Assembly (NCBI GenBank): GCA_041651655.1
Contig: JBAZIW010000003.1
Coordinates: forward strand, 8,917-72,916
Length of the DNA: 64,000 nt
Source of the DNA: Minisyncoccota bacterium
GTDB lineage: Bacteria > Patescibacteriota > Minisyncoccia > Minisyncoccales > Minisyncoccaceae
Reading direction: 5' to 3'
Notes under the pieces: model-generated
What the model was told of the DNA's origin: nothing
Seen by the model: only the letters and a program-made list of their open reading frames with translations
Databases searched by the model: none
Part shown: piece after piece, positions 25,302 to 34,458 of the stretch
How the letters are laid out: the number at the start of each line of letters is the position of its first letter
Numbering within the stretch: position 1 is the stretch's first letter
Program-made: the position numbers and the translations under genes

Positions 25302-26588
25302 TTATTCAAGAATAATCTTTTTATCCTTTAATACCAATTTACTTTTTAAAAATGATAGAAGTTCTCGCTTTTCGGTAATCGTGCCCTCTTTTAATAAATA
25401 CTTAGCGTAATTGCGGATATCGATGTCTGAATTACTAACTTCCTTTTTATGCCCAAGCACTCCAATTCTAAATTTATTGAATCTCATTAATTCTTTTTCA
25501 ATTTTGTCTTTTATTCCTAGATTATCTAAATCAATCTTATCCACGAGTTCCGTCAATTCGTCTATTAGGCTCGTTTCGCTTATCGGCTGATTCTTGCAAT
25601 CAATATTCCTAGCTTTGGTACAAAAGTAATAAACATGACGGTTAGTACCGCCATCTTTTAATTTCCTAAACTTTTCATCAGCCGATATTCCTGATCCGCA
25701 ATATCCGCATTTGATTAATTTAGTAAAAGCGAATTCTTTTGATTCTGTCTTAGGTATAAAATTCTCACCAAGACTCATTTGCACTTTATCAAATAACTCC
25801 TTAGTTATGATCGGAACATGTTTGCCAATATACCAATTACCACTGCCAACTGGATATTCAAATTCTCCATAATAAAAGGGATTTCTTAAGATAAGGTAAA
25901 TATTAGCAAGAACTAATGGTTTGCCAGTTTTAGTTTTGAATCCTATATCTATCAGCCATCTGAATATTTTCCTGCCACTATATTGTTCGTTAGCCACTCT
26001 TTCAAACATTTGCTTGATTATCGGTGCTCGTTTATGATCTATTCTGCATTGGCATTTCTTATCAACATGCTTTTCATTAAGATATCCAGTTGGTGCAACT
26101 CCTGGACGATAGCCCATTTCACATCTAGTTCTTAATCCTCGTTTCACGTTGACCGCTTTATTATCATTCTCAAGTTTAGCTTGAGAACCTAATATCATTA
26201 AAAGAAACTTCTCGTTTGGGTTATTGGTAAACTTCTGACCATAAGTTCTTATCTCGATTAATAACTTTTGATCCATTAAATCTACAATCGAGCCTAAATC
26301 TCCAGCATTTCTACTCAATCTATCTGGAGCCCAGGTTAAAATACCGTTATATTTTCCTTCTCTTATCTCTTTAATTATCTGATTGAAAACCTCTCTTTGG
26401 CCGACTTCTTTAGAAGAATGAGATTCTCTTTTAATTTCAACTATATCTAAATTATCCCGTTCTGCTAAGGATAGCATTTCCTTTATTTGGGACTCTATTG
26501 AAAGAGCTTGTTTATCCTCAGCCTCAGTTGATTTCCTAGCATACAAACAATACTTAATCTGAGTGCCTGTAATAGGGGACTGCTCCAT
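25302..26588 (-). CDS. large serine recombinase (resolvase/invertase N-terminal domain + recombinase domain + zinc ribbon)
   Basis: Catalytic region YARKSTEAEDKQALSIESQ, WAPDRLSRN, and a zinc-ribbon CGYCGSG...YYFC. Located immediately downstream of tRNA-Gln. Confidence 0.88.
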   Translation of the reverse strand: MEQSPITGTQIKYCLYARKSTEAEDKQALSIESQIKEMLSLAERDNLDIVEIKRESHSSKEVGQREVFNQIIKEIREGKYNGILTWAPDRLSRNAGDLGSIVDLMDQKLLIEIRTYGQKFTNNPNEKFLLMILGSQAKLENDNKAVNVKRGLRTRCEMGYRPGVAPTGYLNEKHVDKKCQCRIDHKRAPIIKQMFERVANEQYSGRKIFRWLIDIGFKTKTGKPLVLANIYLILRNPFYYGEFEYPVGSGNWYIGKHVPIITKELFDKVQMSLGENFIPKTESKEFAFTKLIKCGYCGSGISADEKFRKLKDGGTNRHVYYFCTKARNIDCKNQPISETSLIDELTELVDKIDLDNLGIKDKIEKELMRFNKFRIGVLGHKKEVSNSDIDIRNYAKYLLKEGTITEKRELLSFLKSKLVLKDKKIILE

Positions 26589-26746
26589 ATTTTCATTACT
26601 TATTATCTTATGGATAAGGATGACGCAATGGCTCTATGGAGTCCAGGCCTCATATGTAGACAAAGTGGAGACTGAAAAACGGTGTTCTATTTTGTCATAT
26701 GGGTGTATAATAAATTTAGTCGAAATATTATAATGAATAAAATAAT

Positions 26747-27460
26747 ATGAAAAATATAATTTTAACAGTAATCCTTTTAGGAATCGTTTTAGCTGGCAAT
26801 GCATATGCCGTAGGCCAGAATAGTAATCCTGGAACAGTCAATCAACAGAATCAAGTTGATAACCAGGGGGAAAACACTCAAATCAAAACCGACGATACGG
26901 TAAATAGCGGCGGTCAAGTCCAGCAAAAAACTCAACAACAGTTGCAAGACGGCACCGGCGATGGAAATCAAGTTCAAAATCAGCAACAGGTGCAAAATCA
27001 AGTAAGCAATCAAGAAGAAACAAAACAAGTCCAGAACGACTCAGGGGTCCAAAGAAGAAGCCAAGTGTCCAATGCCGTTCAAGAGATGATTCAAGTGGCT
27101 GAGAGAAGTGGCGGTATTGGAGAACAGATAAGAACAATTGCTCAGGCTCAAAACCAGAATCAAATTAAACTGGAAGAAAGTATTGAGAAAGTACAGAAGA
27201 GGAGCAACTTAGTCAAATTTATCGCTGGCCCCGATTACAGGGAAATAAGCAATGCTGAAAAAATACTAGAGCAGAACCGAGAACAAATTCAGCAGATAAA
27301 TCAAATTAAGATGCAATTAGAAAATTCAGCCGACCAGCAGGTTTTAACCGAACAAGTTCAGCTTCTTGAAGTCGCCAACCTTGAAATAGAGAATGTATTA
27401 AATAATTCTCAAAAAGAATTTAGCTTGTTAGGATGGATGTTTAAATTATTTAAAAATTAG
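26747..27460 (+). CDS. secreted Gln/Asn-rich hypothetical protein
   Basis: Signal peptide MKNIILTVILLGIVLAGNAYA, a long Q/N-rich low-complexity region, and a C-terminal coiled-coil-like half. Confidence 0.65.
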   Translation: MKNIILTVILLGIVLAGNAYAVGQNSNPGTVNQQNQVDNQGENTQIKTDDTVNSGGQVQQKTQQQLQDGTGDGNQVQNQQQVQNQVSNQEETKQVQNDSGVQRRSQVSNAVQEMIQVAERSGGIGEQIRTIAQAQNQNQIKLEESIEKVQKRSNLVKFIAGPDYREISNAEKILEQNREQIQQINQIKMQLENSADQQVLTEQVQLLEVANLEIENVLNNSQKEFSLLGWMFKLFKN

Positions 27461-27589
27461 CCTATTTAAAAAGTCGGCCACAAATATGTGGCTGTTTTTT
27501 CTCTTGACAAATAATAGTTATGAATATATACTCATAATAGATAGAGATGTTGTCCCATCTCTGTATAAGAAACAATAAATTAAAAATAT

Positions 27590-27817
27590 ATGCCAGGTTT
27601 AGACAAGACAGGTCCTGCAGGAATGGGAGCAGGAACAGGAAGAGGAATGGGTCCATGTTGCGGAAGGACAGGTCGTGGATACGGATGGGGAATGGGAGCA
27701 AGAAGATTCTTCACTAAAAAAGAAGAAGCTGAATTGCTGAAAGAAGAGGCCGAAGCTCTTGAAGAAGAATTGAAAGCTGTAAAAGAAAGAATCAGCGAGA
27801 TAGAGAACCAGAAATAA
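27590..27817 (+). CDS. DUF5320-like small protein (Gly-rich N-terminus, coiled-coil C-terminus)
   Basis: MPGLDKTGPAGMGAGTGRGMGPCCGRTGRGYGWGMG followed by EEAELLKEEAEALEEELKAVKERISEIE. Confidence 0.7.
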   Translation: MPGLDKTGPAGMGAGTGRGMGPCCGRTGRGYGWGMGARRFFTKKEEAELLKEEAEALEEELKAVKERISEIENQK

Positions 27818-27859
27818 GAAATACCCGCTCTGCAAGGGGCGGGTTTGACTATTAATAAA

Positions 27860-28126
27860 ATGAAAGTAATAAAAATTGGAGCAATTTGGTGCCAGGGATG
27901 TAAAATAATGGGTCCGAGATGGAAAGAAATAGAAATAGAAAACCCTTGGCTTAAAACCGAGTTCTATGATTTTGATCAGAATAAAGAAATTGTCAGTAAA
28001 TACAATCCCACAGCCATGCCTTCTTTCATCTTTTTAGATAAAAATGACAATGAAATCTTGCGTTTAAGCGGAGAAGTAGATAAAATGAAAATAATAGAAG
28101 CTATTAATCAAAACAAAGACAAGTAA
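27860..28126 (+). CDS. thioredoxin-like protein
   Basis: WCQGC active-site motif (IGAIWCQGCKIMGP) and a cis-Pro context (PTAMPSFIF). The first ATG of track ORF 27845..28126 is at 27860. Confidence 0.65.
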   Translation: MKVIKIGAIWCQGCKIMGPRWKEIEIENPWLKTEFYDFDQNKEIVSKYNPTAMPSFIFLDKNDNEILRLSGEVDKMKIIEAINQNKDK

Positions 28127-28127
28127 T

Positions 28128-28406
28128 ATGGTAAGGCCAGTAAAACCAAGAAAGATATGCTTTAATCCAGGGGTGACATATTTTAAACCCCGAGCAATAC
28201 CTTTATCTTCGCTAGAAGAAGTTGATTTGGGCATGGATGAACTGGAGGTTTTGAGGCTTTGTGATTACAAGGGGCTTAATCAAAAAGAGGCCGCAATCAA
28301 GATGAAAGTATCGCAAAGTACATTGCAGAGAATTTTAGTCTCTGCCAGAAAAAAAGTTTCCGAAGCTATTGTTGAAGGTAAAGCTATAAAAATAAATAAT
28401 AAATAA
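28128..28406 (+). CDS. DUF134/UPF0251-family putative DNA-binding protein
   Basis: MVRPVKPRKICFNPGVTYFKPRAIP... followed by the sigma-70 region-4-like HTH LNQKEAAIKMKVSQSTLQRIL. Confidence 0.75.
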   Translation: MVRPVKPRKICFNPGVTYFKPRAIPLSSLEEVDLGMDELEVLRLCDYKGLNQKEAAIKMKVSQSTLQRILVSARKKVSEAIVEGKAIKINNK

Positions 28407-28410
28407 AAAT

Positions 28411-29322
28411 ATGAAAAAATCTATATTTTTAATTTTAATAATTTTAGTAGTTATCCTTTCTGCTGTTTTCTATTTTTATCAAAACAAAGCTACTAATGGA
28501 ATGATCATGCTGATTGAATTCGAAAAGATTGAAGGAGTCCTAAATTGGGAAAGAGAACTGGACAACAGAGGAATAGGTGCCTTAGTTAAAGTTCAAGATA
28601 ATGTACTAGAAGAATATCCAGACGTTTTTAAGAGATTGGCCAATAAAGGATACGAAGTGGCCGGAGGATATGATATCGCACCTTTTTGGGATATGCCCTA
28701 CGAAGAGCAATATCAATACATGAAAGAAGCTCAAGAATTGATTTATAATACCACTGGCAAGGAAATGAGAGTCTTTGGAAGCAGGTATTTCGCTTATGAT
28801 GAAAACACATTAAAAGCAGCTGATGCCTTAGGGATAGAATATGTATTAGCCAGGGGAACTCAAGGAGTCAAAGCTACAGTCTATGATCCCGAAGAATACA
28901 AAGTTAAGATAATATCTGTTTCAAACATAGTATTTGAAGATATGGGATCAGGCTCTTTATGTGATTATAGCCTTTGGGCCAGAGGAGCTGATGCCAATGA
29001 TTTTCAAAAGGTCGTCAATGAAAGTTTTTCAGAAGATGCAGAAAACCTGATACTTGTATCTCATGCCTATCTTGGCGGGACAAGGCAGGAATGGTGGAAT
29101 GTTTATCAAAACGCTTTGAATTCTAATAAGGTAGATTGGACATCTTTTGATTCTTGGATTTCCAAGGTCAAAGTATCTTCAATGCCCAACAAAGACATTC
29201 CTATCAACAAAGAGGTTAAATATGTCGCTCCTACTCCCGCTAAAGCAATAGAGGATTTTGAGCCAATTCCTAATCTTGACCAATTATTAAAAGAGGAAGA
29301 ATTCTGCCCAGTTTGTTATTAA
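28411..29322 (+). CDS. hypothetical membrane-anchored protein (C-terminal CPVC)
   Basis: 303-aa ORF with an N-terminal TM. No family confidently recognised by eye. Confidence 0.6.
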   Translation: MKKSIFLILIILVVILSAVFYFYQNKATNGMIMLIEFEKIEGVLNWERELDNRGIGALVKVQDNVLEEYPDVFKRLANKGYEVAGGYDIAPFWDMPYEEQYQYMKEAQELIYNTTGKEMRVFGSRYFAYDENTLKAADALGIEYVLARGTQGVKATVYDPEEYKVKIISVSNIVFEDMGSGSLCDYSLWARGADANDFQKVVNESFSEDAENLILVSHAYLGGTRQEWWNVYQNALNSNKVDWTSFDSWISKVKVSSMPNKDIPINKEVKYVAPTPAKAIEDFEPIPNLDQLLKEEEFCPVCY

Positions 29323-29431
29323 AAGCACGAGGAGACACGATATAATTCCTTTTGATATGTACCCCAAAAAGTAGACACATGGTGTCTCTTTTTTGTACGA
29401 TATAAGAAAAGGATAAAATAAAGATATAAAT

Positions 29432-29812
29432 ATGCAGGAAAAATTCACAAAAGGGCAGATTAAAAAGCTGTCGGAGAATAAGAATGTGGAAAGGTGCGGC
29501 TTAAGTTCGATAAGATACACTAAGAGCTTTAAAGAAAAAGCTTTGAAGCAATATAATGAGGGGCTGTCTGCGATTGAAATATTCGAAGCAGCGGGATTCG
29601 ATCTAGGCATAATCGGCAAAAGAGCGCCGAACCGGCTGATGAACCAATGGAATAACTCTCGTCGGCCGAAGCATAAGGAAATAGAATCCGACGAGGGCAA
29701 AGAAAAAAGAACTGGAAGGAGGAGGGAAATTAATGATCTTCGAGACAGAATAACCTACCTTGAGGCCGAGAACGATTTTTTAGCCAAGCTCCGGGCAAAG
29801 AAAAGAAGATAA
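29432..29812 (+). CDS. IS3-family transposase OrfA (HTH + leucine zipper)
   Basis: 126 aa. C-terminal heptad-like ITYLEAENDFLAKLRAKKRR. Confidence 0.85.
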   Translation: MQEKFTKGQIKKLSENKNVERCGLSSIRYTKSFKEKALKQYNEGLSAIEIFEAAGFDLGIIGKRAPNRLMNQWNNSRRPKHKEIESDEGKEKRTGRRREINDLRDRITYLEAENDFLAKLRAKKRR

Positions 29813-29871
29813 TCTTAGAGCCGTTCCAGAAATTTAGGATAATCAGAAAGATAGGAAGGAATCCGAATAAA

Positions 29872-30690
29872 ATGTGCAAGCTGGCTAAGGTATCCAAATC
29901 TGGATACTACAGATGGCTCAAAAATGAAGATAAGAAGCCCAAGGACTACGACGATTACCTTTTAGTCAAGGAAATATTCGAAAAAGGCAGATCAAAATAC
30001 GGCTGGCGGACGATCCAGATGAAGCTCTTGGAAAAAGGAATTAAGATGAATCACAAAAAGATAGAAAGGATTAAAAGGAAATATGATTTGATAACTAAAA
30101 TAAGAAGAAGAAATCCATATAAGGAAATGATGAAAAGGACAAAAGAGCATCGGACCTTCGGCAATATCCTGAACCGAGAATTCAAGCAGGAGGGTCCGCA
30201 GAAAGTATTCTGCACGGATATCACGTACTTGCCCTTTAACAGTAAAATAGCCTACCTCTCAGCAGTCAAAGACATCGCTACTAAGGAAATCGTCGGATGG
30301 AACCTTTCCAAGCGCCTGCAGATGGATATCGTCCTTGATACAATCAAGAGCATGGAAAAGAACGACGGCATTGATTCATTGAAAAACATAGTCATCCATT
30401 CAGACCAAGGATTCCACTATACCAGCCCAGGATACGTTTCAAAGATTAAAGAATTAAAGATGGTGCAATCCATGTCCAGGAAAGGCAAGTGCATCGACAA
30501 CGCTCCGATAGAATCATTCTTCGGGCACTTCAAAGACGAGGTCGACTACAAAAATTGCAAGACCTTTGAAGAGCTGAAAGAATTGACAGAAGAATACATT
30601 AGCTATTACAATAATGAAAGAAGGCAATGGAACATCCAAAAGATGACTCCGATAGAGTACAGAAACCATCTTTTAAATGCTATCCGTTAG
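29872..30690 (+). CDS. IS3-family transposase OrfB (DDE/rve catalytic domain)
   Basis: HSDQGFHYTS and CIDNAPIESFF motifs. This frame is open from 29764 and is -1 relative to orfA, overlapping its A-rich end (GCAAAGAAAAGAAGATAA). That is consistent with an OrfAB frameshift product. Confidence 0.88.
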   Translation: MCKLAKVSKSGYYRWLKNEDKKPKDYDDYLLVKEIFEKGRSKYGWRTIQMKLLEKGIKMNHKKIERIKRKYDLITKIRRRNPYKEMMKRTKEHRTFGNILNREFKQEGPQKVFCTDITYLPFNSKIAYLSAVKDIATKEIVGWNLSKRLQMDIVLDTIKSMEKNDGIDSLKNIVIHSDQGFHYTSPGYVSKIKELKMVQSMSRKGKCIDNAPIESFFGHFKDEVDYKNCKTFEELKELTEEYISYYNNERRQWNIQKMTPIEYRNHLLNAIR

Positions 30691-30767
30691 CTAAATTGTG
30701 TCTACTAAACGGGGTACAGATCACTTTTTTAAAGCAAAGATTTTTTAATAATTAAAAGATTAAAAAT

Positions 30768-32486
30768 ATGGGAATAGAGCAAATAGGTAATTTTCAACAA
30801 GATGAATTATCGGCAGAAAATTTTCGTAAATCAGAAGAAGAGAAGGAGGAATGTCGAAAAGTAGAAAATGGGCAAGAAGAAAGCGAGCGAATACATTCTG
30901 AAAATACAAAAAACGGAGAAGAATCGAAAGAAGAAATTTTAGAACTAAAAAATAAGGTAAGTAATGGTAATATGTATTTTATGAATACATGCTTTTCCTA
31001 TGAGGATTCCAAGTCAATCCCTCCTGAATTTATGGAAAAGTATACGAAATTTCAATTATGCCAAAAAGATGGAAAGTTAAAAGAAGCTTTAGAAATATAC
31101 GAAAAAGATAAAGCGGAGTTTGAAAAAACTAAAGAATTTAGAGAAGCTCTGGCTTATGCAGAAAGTAAATATATCGGCGGTTCTTATGCAAATGAACATG
31201 GACAGGAAAATATGGATAGAATAAAGAAAAGTATAGAGGAAGGAAACTACGAAGAACTTTTTGAAGTATATAAAAATAGAAAAGGCCCACAATTTGAAAA
31301 ACAAAAGGCATTTAAGGATGCTTGGGAGTATTTAGCTAAAAAATATCCTCAATCTTCTCATGAAGATAGACTAAAACTAAAGGGACGCGAGTATATGATA
31401 GCAAAAGAAAAAAATTCTTCTCGGGAAAATATAGAATTTCTGAAAGAAAAAGGATACTACGAAGAACTTTTAGCCATGTACTATAAAGAAGTCGAGGAGG
31501 AAGAAGCGGCAGAAGAGGGGAATAAAAACATAAATGAAAACAAGGAAAAGGAGCAGGAAAGAAAAAATAGAAAAGATCTAAATTTGGAAGAACAAAAAAG
31601 ATTGGAATATTTACAGCAAGAGCTAGGAATAAAAAACCACACAGAGCAAGAATCTAAGCAAGAACAAGAAAAAAAAGAATTACTTACTTTAATATCCCAA
31701 GAGGGAGGATTTAGGGCAATGATGTCTATGCCCCACAATAGAAAAACTCATGGTTCTGGATTTTCAATGATAGGAGATGAAAAGTCATTAAACAATGGTT
31801 CCATTGGAGCAGATTATCAATTTTATCCTAGAGATAATAGTAAGGTTCTTGATGTGTTAAGCGAAAAAGGATTAAATGAATTTGCAATGATCTATGAACC
31901 TTTGACAAAAAAAGAATATGAGACGATTGACGTTAAAGAAAGTAGTTTGTTTGGTCTTCGAAAAACAACAAAACAAGAAGAGCGACCAATTGGAGAAAAA
32001 CAGATTTTACATTCAGAACTTGTAAGAGGAGGTAAGGACGAAGCTTGTGTTCCTTTTAGGTACTATGTTTTTAGTCAGCGAGGAGACGAAAAAAAAGGTC
32101 ATAAGTGGTATGATTATATGAAAGGAGGAAGGGATGGTCAGCAACTAGAATTAGAAGTATTGCTTCCTAAATCAACAGCAAGTAAGCTACAGAAACTTAT
32201 GAATACAGATCCAATAATAGTTCGAGAAATCGCAGAACATTTTATGAAAAAAAAGCTTACAGAATTATATAATGGTGATGTTTGGGAGGGCAAAAAACCC
32301 GAAGAAGGAAGTATTGATCCAAACAAGACTAATTATGATTTTGATCATAATAATCCATTATGTCCGCCATGGGAAAAATGGGATAAAGAAGAAGGCGGAG
32401 GAAGGATATATATGCCAGCAAATTCTACTGTTGTTGGATGGAAAGATGAATTTGTAAAAAATGTAAAGAAAAAGGGGAATTCTTAA
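30768..32486 (+). CDS. hypothetical protein (E/K-rich repeat N-terminal half, unknown C-terminal domain)
   Basis: 572-aa ORF with repeated motif variants EGNYEELFEVYKN / EKGYYEELLAMYYKE. It exactly fills the gap between the IS right end and a solo IS end. Confidence 0.65.
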   Translation: MGIEQIGNFQQDELSAENFRKSEEEKEECRKVENGQEESERIHSENTKNGEESKEEILELKNKVSNGNMYFMNTCFSYEDSKSIPPEFMEKYTKFQLCQKDGKLKEALEIYEKDKAEFEKTKEFREALAYAESKYIGGSYANEHGQENMDRIKKSIEEGNYEELFEVYKNRKGPQFEKQKAFKDAWEYLAKKYPQSSHEDRLKLKGREYMIAKEKNSSRENIEFLKEKGYYEELLAMYYKEVEEEEAAEEGNKNINENKEKEQERKNRKDLNLEEQKRLEYLQQELGIKNHTEQESKQEQEKKELLTLISQEGGFRAMMSMPHNRKTHGSGFSMIGDEKSLNNGSIGADYQFYPRDNSKVLDVLSEKGLNEFAMIYEPLTKKEYETIDVKESSLFGLRKTTKQEERPIGEKQILHSELVRGGKDEACVPFRYYVFSQRGDEKKGHKWYDYMKGGRDGQQLELEVLLPKSTASKLQKLMNTDPIIVREIAEHFMKKKLTELYNGDVWEGKKPEEGSIDPNKTNYDFDHNNPLCPPWEKWDKEEGGGRIYMPANSTVVGWKDEFVKNVKKKGNS

Positions 32487-32488
32487 AC

Positions 32489-32516
32489 TGTACCCAAAAA
32501 GTGCAACCAGTGTCTC
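32489..32516 (+). repeat. solo IS3-type left-end inverted repeat (remnant)
   Basis: TGTACCCAAAAAGTGCAACCAGTGTCTC resembles the IS left end TGTACCCCAAAAAGTAGACACATGGTGTCTC. No transposase follows. Confidence 0.5.
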
Positions 32517-32733
32517 ATTTGTCTCATTTTATCCCGACTGAGACGCCTCAAATTAATCAATATTAAACAGTCAAAGAACCCTTACATTGATTGAAGAACA
32601 GAGGTTCCAGACTGACCATCACAGCCAACGATATAATATGAAAAGCAGGGAATTATTACCCTTGCTTTTTTTATACCAATCAATTAGGATAAGCCCAGCC
32701 CGTTTCAAATTAAAAATGGGTAAGGAAAAACTC

Positions 32734-33471
32734 ATGGGAAGATTTGTTACGCAAGTACTTTGTATTGCTGCGTGTATCGTTTTACTCGCATGCATGTTTT
32801 CAACCGGCTGTGTTGGACAGCAGAAAGCAACCATATCGGATCCTCAAGAATACTTTCCGTTAGCGGCAACATGGTCCTACCGGATAGATTCGGGAGACAC
32901 TGATGCTTTAACGTACCGAACTACGGAAAATAACGGCACCATCAAAATTGTGAGGTCTACTGTTAAATTCCAAGGATCTGAATCGTACTATCTGAAACTC
33001 AGAACAAAAATTCATTCTGTCACGACTGACAATCATGAAGGAGCGGTCATCGAAATTTACAGAGACGACCTCGGTCTCTTCAAAGATACTGATTCTTTTT
33101 ACTGGATAATGTCCAAAGAGAACGGCATCAAGGTTGATCAGTTAACCTATCATCCAGAAGGTATTTATCCGAGAGCGATATTCTTTATGCCTCCCTACGG
33201 ACAAAAAGGTTCAATTGATAACTATCTTGTCGGTGAAGAGGAAAGCATAACGTATATCGGGCCTGACGATAAAACGCCGGGATGCCAAGAACAGCCCTGC
33301 ATGTACTTTGTCCGAGAAATAAAACCGGGTAGCGGAAATTACGGTTATACGGATAAAGGATTTACCGAACAGCAGTGGTTTGCCAAAGGCAAAGGCTTGA
33401 TTCTGCTCAAACAGCAGGTCGACGGTAAAACCTCAATGACCTGGACCCTCGAAAAAGTTGTTCTTCTGTGA
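32734..33471 (+). CDS. putative lipoprotein (higher-GC, probably acquired)
   Basis: AAGGA lies upstream of ATG 32734. Signal plus lipobox MGRFVTQVLCIAACIVLLACMFSTGC. G+C is visibly above the neighbourhood. Confidence 0.6.
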   Translation: MGRFVTQVLCIAACIVLLACMFSTGCVGQQKATISDPQEYFPLAATWSYRIDSGDTDALTYRTTENNGTIKIVRSTVKFQGSESYYLKLRTKIHSVTTDNHEGAVIEIYRDDLGLFKDTDSFYWIMSKENGIKVDQLTYHPEGIYPRAIFFMPPYGQKGSIDNYLVGEEESITYIGPDDKTPGCQEQPCMYFVREIKPGSGNYGYTDKGFTEQQWFAKGKGLILLKQQVDGKTSMTWTLEKVVLL

Positions 33472-33527
33472 ATAAACATTATTTTTTAAAAATCGCCTAA
33501 TTGGTGATTTTTTGATAGAATAAAAAT

Positions 33528-33911
33528 ATGGAAATGGAAAGGTTTGAACAACTAGTAAACGAAGGGATTAAAGATATTCCGCAAAAATTCTTAGACAAAT
33601 TAGACAATGTCGGAATTGTTATTGAAGACGACCCGACTCCCGAACAATTGAAAAAGTTAAAAATCAGAAAAAATTATGTTCTTTTCGGATTATACGAAGG
33701 AATTCCCAAAACAGCGAGGTGGAACTACGCCGATGTTTTACCTGACAAGATTACCATCTTTAAAAATCCAATTGAAGAATCTGCTCAATCGGATGAAGAG
33801 ATAAAAAATATTGTTAAGGAAACTGTCTGGCATGAAATCGCTCATCATTTCGGCATGGACGAAAAAGAAGTAAGAGCAGCTGAATTAAGAAAAAAATCAA
33901 ATGACAAGTAA
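33528..33911 (+). CDS. zinicin-like metallopeptidase family protein (DUF1025-like)
   Basis: HExxH motif in VWHEIAHHFGMDE. Confidence 0.72.
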   Translation: MEMERFEQLVNEGIKDIPQKFLDKLDNVGIVIEDDPTPEQLKKLKIRKNYVLFGLYEGIPKTARWNYADVLPDKITIFKNPIEESAQSDEEIKNIVKETVWHEIAHHFGMDEKEVRAAELRKKSNDK

Positions 33912-34443
33912 TGAAGTTATAAAAGAAATCGGAGAAGATATTAAAAAGGAAGGAATCGGAGTGATTCCCACTGATACTATTTACGGAATAGTCTGTTCGG
34001 CATTAAAAAAGAAAAGCGTTGAGAAACTTTATAAAATCAGAAAGAGAGATTCGAAAAAGCCGATGATTGTTCTCATCTCTTCTCTCAAAGATTTAAATCT
34101 GTTTAACGTTAAGATAGATAAAAGTATTACTAATAAATACTGGCCGGGGAAGGTGAGTATTATCGTTCCCGTTAAAAAGTTTGAATATTTGCACCGAGGA
34201 AAAAACAGCTTGGCTTTTAGACTGCCGGACAATAAAGCCTTAATTAAGTTAATTAAAATAGCCGGACCGATTGTTGCTCCCAGTGCCAATACCGAAGGAA
34301 ACAAGCCGGCAGAAACAATTGAAGAAGCCAGAGAATACTTTAAAGATAAAATTGATTTCTATGTTGATTGTGGAAAACTGAAATCTAAACCGTCAAAGAT
34401 AATCTCGCTGTTAAATAATAATATTGAGATTATCAGGAAATAA
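33901..34443 (+). CDS. tsaC: L-threonylcarbamoyladenylate synthase (YrdC/TsaC domain)
   Basis: GVIPTDTIYGIVC, KIRKRDSKKPMIVLI and VAPSAN are typical of the YrdC/Sua5 family. Single-domain size (180 aa). Confidence 0.82.
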   Translation: MTSNEVIKEIGEDIKKEGIGVIPTDTIYGIVCSALKKKSVEKLYKIRKRDSKKPMIVLISSLKDLNLFNVKIDKSITNKYWPGKVSIIVPVKKFEYLHRGKNSLAFRLPDNKALIKLIKIAGPIVAPSANTEGNKPAETIEEAREYFKDKIDFYVDCGKLKSKPSKIISLLNNNIEIIRK

Positions 34444-34458
34444 TAGTAAGATATTAAT

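Larger units (their letters stand above)
29358..30718 (+). mobile_element. IS3-family insertion sequence (orfA/orfB in 0/-1 frames, TG...CA ends)
   Basis: Imperfect terminal inverted repeats TGTACCCCAAAAAGTAGACAC (29358-29378) and GTGTCTACTAAACGGGGTACA (30698-30718). Two ORFs typical of IS3. Confidence 0.85.

Noticed and set aside
26641-26649. GAGTCCAGG match to the tRNA-Gln 3' arm as an att duplication
   Set aside because: Only 9 nt match, and serine recombinases do not require long direct repeats. It is too short to define an element boundary and is mentioned only as a possibility in the island finding.
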